A stretch of 64,000 nt of DNA, taken from assembly GCA_035559535.1 (NCBI GenBank), contig DATMBG010000039.1, forward strand, positions 1 through 64,000, given 5' to 3'. Origin of the DNA: Candidatus Limnocylindrales bacterium. GTDB lineage: Bacteria > Moduliflexota > Moduliflexia > Moduliflexales > JAUQPW01. The notes beneath the pieces are model-generated. The model was not told the DNA's origin, ran no database searches, and saw only the letters and a list, made by a program, of their open reading frames with translations. This document shows, in pieces, positions 59,715-64,000 of this stretch (position 1 is the stretch's first letter; each line of letters begins with the position of its first letter). Position numbers and translations under genes: made by a program.

Positions 59715-60893
59715 TCAAGCCGGTGGTAAAGCTCGAAGGGAAGCCGGCATTTTAAAGCGGAGTAAAGCTCCGATCCTTCCCAGTTGTTTTAAAATAGGAT
59801 TATTTGGGATATGTTCCACTTCTCCCCGTTGGCGGTAGACTTCTTCAATAGCTTCATCTACCACATCGGGGACCTCTTCAAGGGGTCCTTGACAAATCGG
59901 GCAGGATTTTTCTTCCACCGTGGTTAAAAGTCCACAATTCCGGCACTCTAAGCCGGGAGCCGAAAAATCTTCCTCTACCAACAGGGTATGGATATTTCCT
60001 ACATAAAGGGCTTTTAAGGTATCGTGTAACCCGGAGACCCCAAAGCCTCCCGTAGCCACTTCTTCCATAAGTCGGGTTACCAGTTGCACTTCCTGCTTCT
60101 GTTCCACATCTCTTTCGATCTGAAGGATTTGAGTCTTAATTTCCTGGATGGGGGTTTCCACATCCAGATCCAGCCGGGCGACCAATCTTTTTATGAGGAA
60201 GCTATGTAAACATCTTTCAAATTCCGGGAGGATATCGCTTCGTCCTCCAATAACAAGATAGTCGAAGCGCTTCTCTTTGAAGAAATCAAAGACCCGATCG
60301 GCAACCTGTTTAAGATGCCGATAAACATGGTATTCAATATGACGCTCGATGCGTTTTTCTTCCAGACCGTACCACCCGGCTATCCGAACTTTTCCCGGAA
60401 CCTCCTCATCAAAGACTTTAAAATGCTCTAGAATTTCGCCTAAATACACCTCAAAGATTCTGGCTTTATCGCGACTGACCAGGACTAAACAATAGCGATG
60501 ATATTCATCCAGGAGAACGGTTAGAGGGCGTATGTAGGGATCATTTCCAACCACGAGAACATTCTTAACAGGTCGGGGAAGCCGATATACTTGCCAGAAA
60601 TCCTTTCCACTACAGGAGAAAATAGCCAGACCTCTGGTATTATTTCGTTTAAACTCTTCTCCTACAAAACGCTCGATTTTTTCAAAATCTTCTTCCAGGG
60701 ATTTCATGACCCCATGGGGTAGGTGTTCTGCTTCCAGCTCCAGCCGCCGTTCTTTAATTAAATTTTTAGTGATTGTTTCATAATCCCGGGGGGTATATTT
60801 ACTTCCATCTACATTCAGATAAAAGCTACAGGTCTTATAGGTTTCTCCCTTAAAATTTAAAAGTTTCTCTATATCTGCCGAAGAAATCATCAA
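59715..60893 (-). CDS. Bacterial aeRF1/Pelota-fold protein (baeRF-like; release-factor or hibernation-factor homologue) with zinc ribbon
   Basis: SFYLNVD, GLAIFSC, PYIRPL, LV.RDKARIF, LVIGG, G...TL.AL..G.I.TLLV, CRNC..CPIC, IGALLRF C-terminus. Confidence 0.85.
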   Translation of the reverse strand: MMISSADIEKLLNFKGETYKTCSFYLNVDGSKYTPRDYETITKNLIKERRLELEAEHLPHGVMKSLEEDFEKIERFVGEEFKRNNTRGLAIFSCSGKDFWQVYRLPRPVKNVLVVGNDPYIRPLTVLLDEYHRYCLVLVSRDKARIFEVYLGEILEHFKVFDEEVPGKVRIAGWYGLEEKRIERHIEYHVYRHLKQVADRVFDFFKEKRFDYLVIGGRSDILPEFERCLHSFLIKRLVARLDLDVETPIQEIKTQILQIERDVEQKQEVQLVTRLMEEVATGGFGVSGLHDTLKALYVGNIHTLLVEEDFSAPGLECRNCGLLTTVEEKSCPICQGPLEEVPDVVDEAIEEVYRQRGEVEHIPNNPILKQLGRIGALLRFKMPASLRALPPA

Positions 60894-60954
60894 CTTCTCC
60901 TTACCTCCTTGTTGGTATCCTGGGATAGTCCGTTAAAGAAATCAGATTTCTTTG

Positions 60955-61191
60955 TTATTCTCGATTTTCTAAAGCTTGCTGAATCAATTTTTCCACCCGC
61001 TCTGAATAACCTTCCGGAAGGTCTACTTCTTCTAAAGTTGTAAAGAACTCTTCCGCCAGATTTAAAAGGGTCAGACGCTCTTCACAATTTGGGCACTCTT
61101 TAATATGTTCGGCAATATCTTGAAGCAGGTCGGGGTGGAGTCCCTTATCCATATATTCTGAGAGGTAATTTATCACCAACTGACATTCCAT
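60955..61191 (-). CDS. Soluble zf-HC2 (ZAS) anti-sigma factor
   Basis: MEC......LSEYMD.....HIKECPNC (HxxxCxxC); no TM segment. Confidence 0.88.
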   Translation of the reverse strand: MECQLVINYLSEYMDKGLHPDLLQDIAEHIKECPNCEERLTLLNLAEEFFTTLEEVDLPEGYSERVEKLIQQALENRE

Positions 61192-61236
61192 AAACTTCCT
61201 TCACCTCCGTATCGGATTCTTCTAAGAAAAGAAGCC

Positions 61237-62250
61237 TTACACGAGTTCTGTTTCTTCCAACTTTGCTTGTAAGAATTCCCGTGCAGATTGAATTTCTTTT
61301 CGTACCTCATCAACGGATTTTCTCCTCACCCAGGCCACTTCTTCCAGGCTGAAGCCTTCCACGCTGTAAAGTATAAAAGATTCCCGCCAGCCTTTGGGGA
61401 GTTGACTCAAGGTTTGATGAATATATTTTTGAATTTCTTGACGGGTTACGATCTCTTCAGGAGTCGGCATCTTATCATCCGGTACGAGATCTTCCAGTTT
61501 TAGAGTTTCATCCGGTTGCCAGAAATCCAGTATTTCACTTCCCAGGGTAGAGACGGCCTCTGTAGGCTCCGGTTCTGGAATTTCGGTTTCAACAGGAACT
61601 CTGGCCTCTCGCTCTGCTTTAATTTTCTCAACTTCCCGTTCCAAAATATCCAGGGCAATCCGATATAACCAGCGATCCAGGGGAAAGGAATCCGGCTTCT
61701 GATCAAAGTTTCTTACTGCAAACAGAACAGTCTCATCTACTACGTCGGTAATCGTCAGATCATAGGGTTCTATATCTTCTATGAGTTGATGGTAGATGAT
61801 CTCCCTTCGGACAAAATTATAGAGTTTCTTAAGTTGAGGAAGGATCAGGTCGGTAAGTGCCTTAGCTTCATAGGTCTTTTCATAAGGAGCCATTCCCGAA
61901 ACAAGTTCTTGAACTTGGAATTTAGCCCGCTTTCGCTTATAGGCATCTTCCATTCGGAGCTTACTTTTAACATCTTCCAGTTGCTTGAGGAGCTCTCCAC
62001 AGACTTCTTTCAAAACATGCCGAAGGTTCTTACCTTGCTCCTCGGCATGGAGTTGTCGTTTGGGAAGGGAAAGGGTGAAAAGAGCTGCATACTCCTCTTT
62101 TCTTGGGTGTTTCTCCAGGGTTACATGTAGAAATACTTGATCTTCCGGGAACTTTAAGGTTCGCCGTTCTATTCTTTTAATCTGTCTTTCCAGATAGTTC
62201 TTAATCGAAAACGCCGGCTCCAGATTCTTGTAGAAAACTTCGTGTCGCAA
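61237..62250 (-). CDS. HPF/RaiA (S30AE) domain fused to ECF-like sigma-70 regions 2 and 4
   Basis: N-terminal ~100 aa HPF-like; DVVDET.L.A......LDRWLYRIAL (sigma2); LSQLP..WRESFIL..VEGFSLEEVA......V...I..ARE.L (sigma4). Probable TTG start at 62250 after GGAGGTGA; the ORF track starts at GTG 62268. Confidence 0.8.
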   Translation of the reverse strand: MRHEVFYKNLEPAFSIKNYLERQIKRIERRTLKFPEDQVFLHVTLEKHPRKEEYAALFTLSLPKRQLHAEEQGKNLRHVLKEVCGELLKQLEDVKSKLRMEDAYKRKRAKFQVQELVSGMAPYEKTYEAKALTDLILPQLKKLYNFVRREIIYHQLIEDIEPYDLTITDVVDETVLFAVRNFDQKPDSFPLDRWLYRIALDILEREVEKIKAEREARVPVETEIPEPEPTEAVSTLGSEILDFWQPDETLKLEDLVPDDKMPTPEEIVTRQEIQKYIHQTLSQLPKGWRESFILYSVEGFSLEEVAWVRRKSVDEVRKEIQSAREFLQAKLEETELV

Positions 62251-62556
62251 CAGACTCACCTCCGACACTCAATCCAACAGGATGAGAAGGGGATACTGGA
62301 TTTGGAGGGAAACTGCCTTCCTTTCAGGGTTTTTTTCTTGACTTTGGGTTGTATTTGTGGGCTCTGGTCTTCAACCTGTTTGGGTCAGGTTAAAGGATCC
62401 AGAGCGCACGGGGTAGGGGTTTTCAGAAGGTTGATTCGGAAAAGCTACCTTCTCTCCCCTTTCTTAACATGGGCCAGGAAATTTACCCGTTGAATCGGAT
62501 TCGGATCAACTGTTATTGGATATCCTATACCTTTGTAGTGCCTTTACAGGCTTCCT

Positions 62557-64000
62557 TTAGTCAAAATCCGGGGGTGGGGTAGGCATCTTAGACTTTTCCT
62601 TCTTCTCAGGAACCTCGGTAATCAGGGCTTCGGTAGTCAGCATAAGGGCTGCGACACTCGCGGCATTTTGGAGAGCAACCCGGGCTACTTTGGTTGGATC
62701 AATAATTCCTGCCGCAACCAGGTCTTCAAACTCCTCGGTAGCCGCATTGAAGCCTTCATTGGTTTTCATCTCTTTGACCCTCTCAACCACCACCGAGCCT
62801 TCCCATCCGGCATTATTGGCAATCTGGCGTAAAGGCTCCTCAAGGGCCCGCTTTACAATATTCACACCAACTTGCTGATCCCCTTCTAATTTCAATTTTT
62901 CAAGGGCCGGTAGACATCTTAGATAAGCCACTCCTCCACCTGGAACGATTCCTTCTTCAGCAGCGGCCTTTGTGGCGTGCATAGCGTCTTCCACCCGGGC
63001 TTTCTTTTCCTTCATCTCCGTTTCGGTTGCTGCCCCTACTTTTATGACTGCAACCCCACCGGCTAATTTAGCCAACCGTTCCTGAAGCTTCTCCCGATCA
63101 TAATCCGAGGTGGTCTCTTCAATCTGCATCTTGATCTGTTTAATTCGACCCTGGATTTTATCTCTGGATCCGGCTCCCTCTACAATGGTTGTATTTTCTT
63201 TATCAATGACTACTTTCTTGGCCTTTCCCAGATCGTTCAGGGTTACATTCTCAAGCTTGATTCCCAATTCCTCGGCAATGAGCTGACCTCCGGTCAGAAT
63301 GGCAATATCTTCTAACATGGCTTTTCGCCTATCACCGAAGGCCGGGGCTTTAACCGCCGCACATTTTAAAGTTCCTCTTAGTTTATTGACGACCAGGGTG
63401 GCCAGGGCTTCTCCTTCGACATCTTCTGCGATAACAAGCAAGGGTTTACCCGATCTGGCAACCTGCTCAAGCAGGGATAACATGTCTTTGGTCGAGGAGA
63501 TTTTCTTCTCATGGATCAAGATATAAGGCTCCTCTAAAACAGCCTCCATCCGTTCAGGATCCGTCACAAAATAAGGGGACAAATAACCCCGGTCAAACTG
63601 CATTCCTTCTACGAATTCCAGGGTGGTCTCCATGGATTTGGCTTCTTCTACCGTGATAACTCCGTCTTTTCCAACCTTATCCATGGCTTCGGCAATGATC
63701 TTACCGATGGAAGTATCACCATTAGCCGAAATAGCGCCTACCTGTTCAATTTCTTTCTTTCCGGCCACCGGTTTGCTCAGTTTTTTCAGCTCTTCGACTA
63801 CAACTTCCACCGCCTTCTCGATCCCTCGTTTTAAATCCATGGGGTTCGCTCCGGCGGCAATATTCCGACATCCTTCTCTGAATATGGCCTGGGCCAAAAT
63901 GGTTGCTGTGGTTGTTCCATCTCCAGCCACATCACTGGTTTTACTGGCCACTTCTTTGACCAACTGGGCTCCCATGTTCTCATAGGGCTCCTCCAGTTCG
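62557..64000 (-). CDS. groL: Chaperonin GroEL (5' part beyond the window edge)
   Basis: [44 protein letters not shown]; the frame stays open to the window end ([12 protein letters not shown]). Confidence 0.97.
   Translation of the reverse strand, partial: ELEEPYENMGAQLVKEVASKTSDVAGDGTTTATILAQAIFREGCRNIAAGANPMDLKRGIEKAVEVVVEELKKLSKPVAGKKEIEQVGAISANGDTSIGKIIAEAMDKVGKDGVITVEEAKSMETTLEFVEGMQFDRGYLSPYFVTDPERMEAVLEEPYILIHEKKISSTKDMLSLLEQVARSGKPLLVIAEDVEGEALATLVVNKLRGTLKCAAVKAPAFGDRRKAMLEDIAILTGGQLIAEELGIKLENVTLNDLGKAKKVVIDKENTTIVEGAGSRDKIQGRIKQIKMQIEETTSDYDREKLQERLAKLAGGVAVIKVGAATETEMKEKKARVEDAMHATKAAAEEGIVPGGGVAYLRCLPALEKLKLEGDQQVGVNIVKRALEEPLRQIANNAGWEGSVVVERVKEMKTNEGFNAATEEFEDLVAAGIIDPTKVARVALQNAASVAALMLTTEALITEVPEKKEKSKMPTPPPDFD

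Overview
Chromosomal window from a moderately GC-rich (roughly mid-40s %, by eye) bacterium. It starts inside the 5' end of a minus-strand 16S rRNA gene and ends inside a groEL gene. Most of it is housekeeping and metabolism: uvrA, rpmB, hisA/hisF, lpdA, mpl, proS, hpt, an M16 peptidase pair, glycerate kinase, an ABC exporter, an HtrA protease, a sigma-70 factor and a UbiB-type kinase. I saw no prophage, IS transposase, tRNA or CRISPR array. Highlights: (1) directly downstream of groEL, an apparent operon encodes a ribosome-hibernation (HPF/RaiA) domain fused to an ECF-like sigma factor, a soluble zinc anti-sigma factor, and an aeRF1-fold protein that seems to lack the catalytic Gln; this is a candidate stress or dormancy module coupling ribosome hibernation to transcription. 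(2) A cytidylate-kinase-like/PD-(D/E)XK-like fusion sits next to hpt, with a ~185-nt rod-shaped antisense RNA between them that has its own consensus promoter. (3) A CoA-transferase-fold pair resembles AibAB, lacks the catalytic Glu and probably starts at CTG. (4) There is a tandem pair of dynamin-like GTPases and two zinc-ribbon/cyclase/STAND/TPR proteins with non-canonical cyclase residues. (5) Short palindromic repeats (GTAG-type REPs and 7/8-mer tandem hairpins) occur throughout, several inserted in-frame into proteins including UvrA. All family calls come from motifs recognised by eye; no database searches were run.
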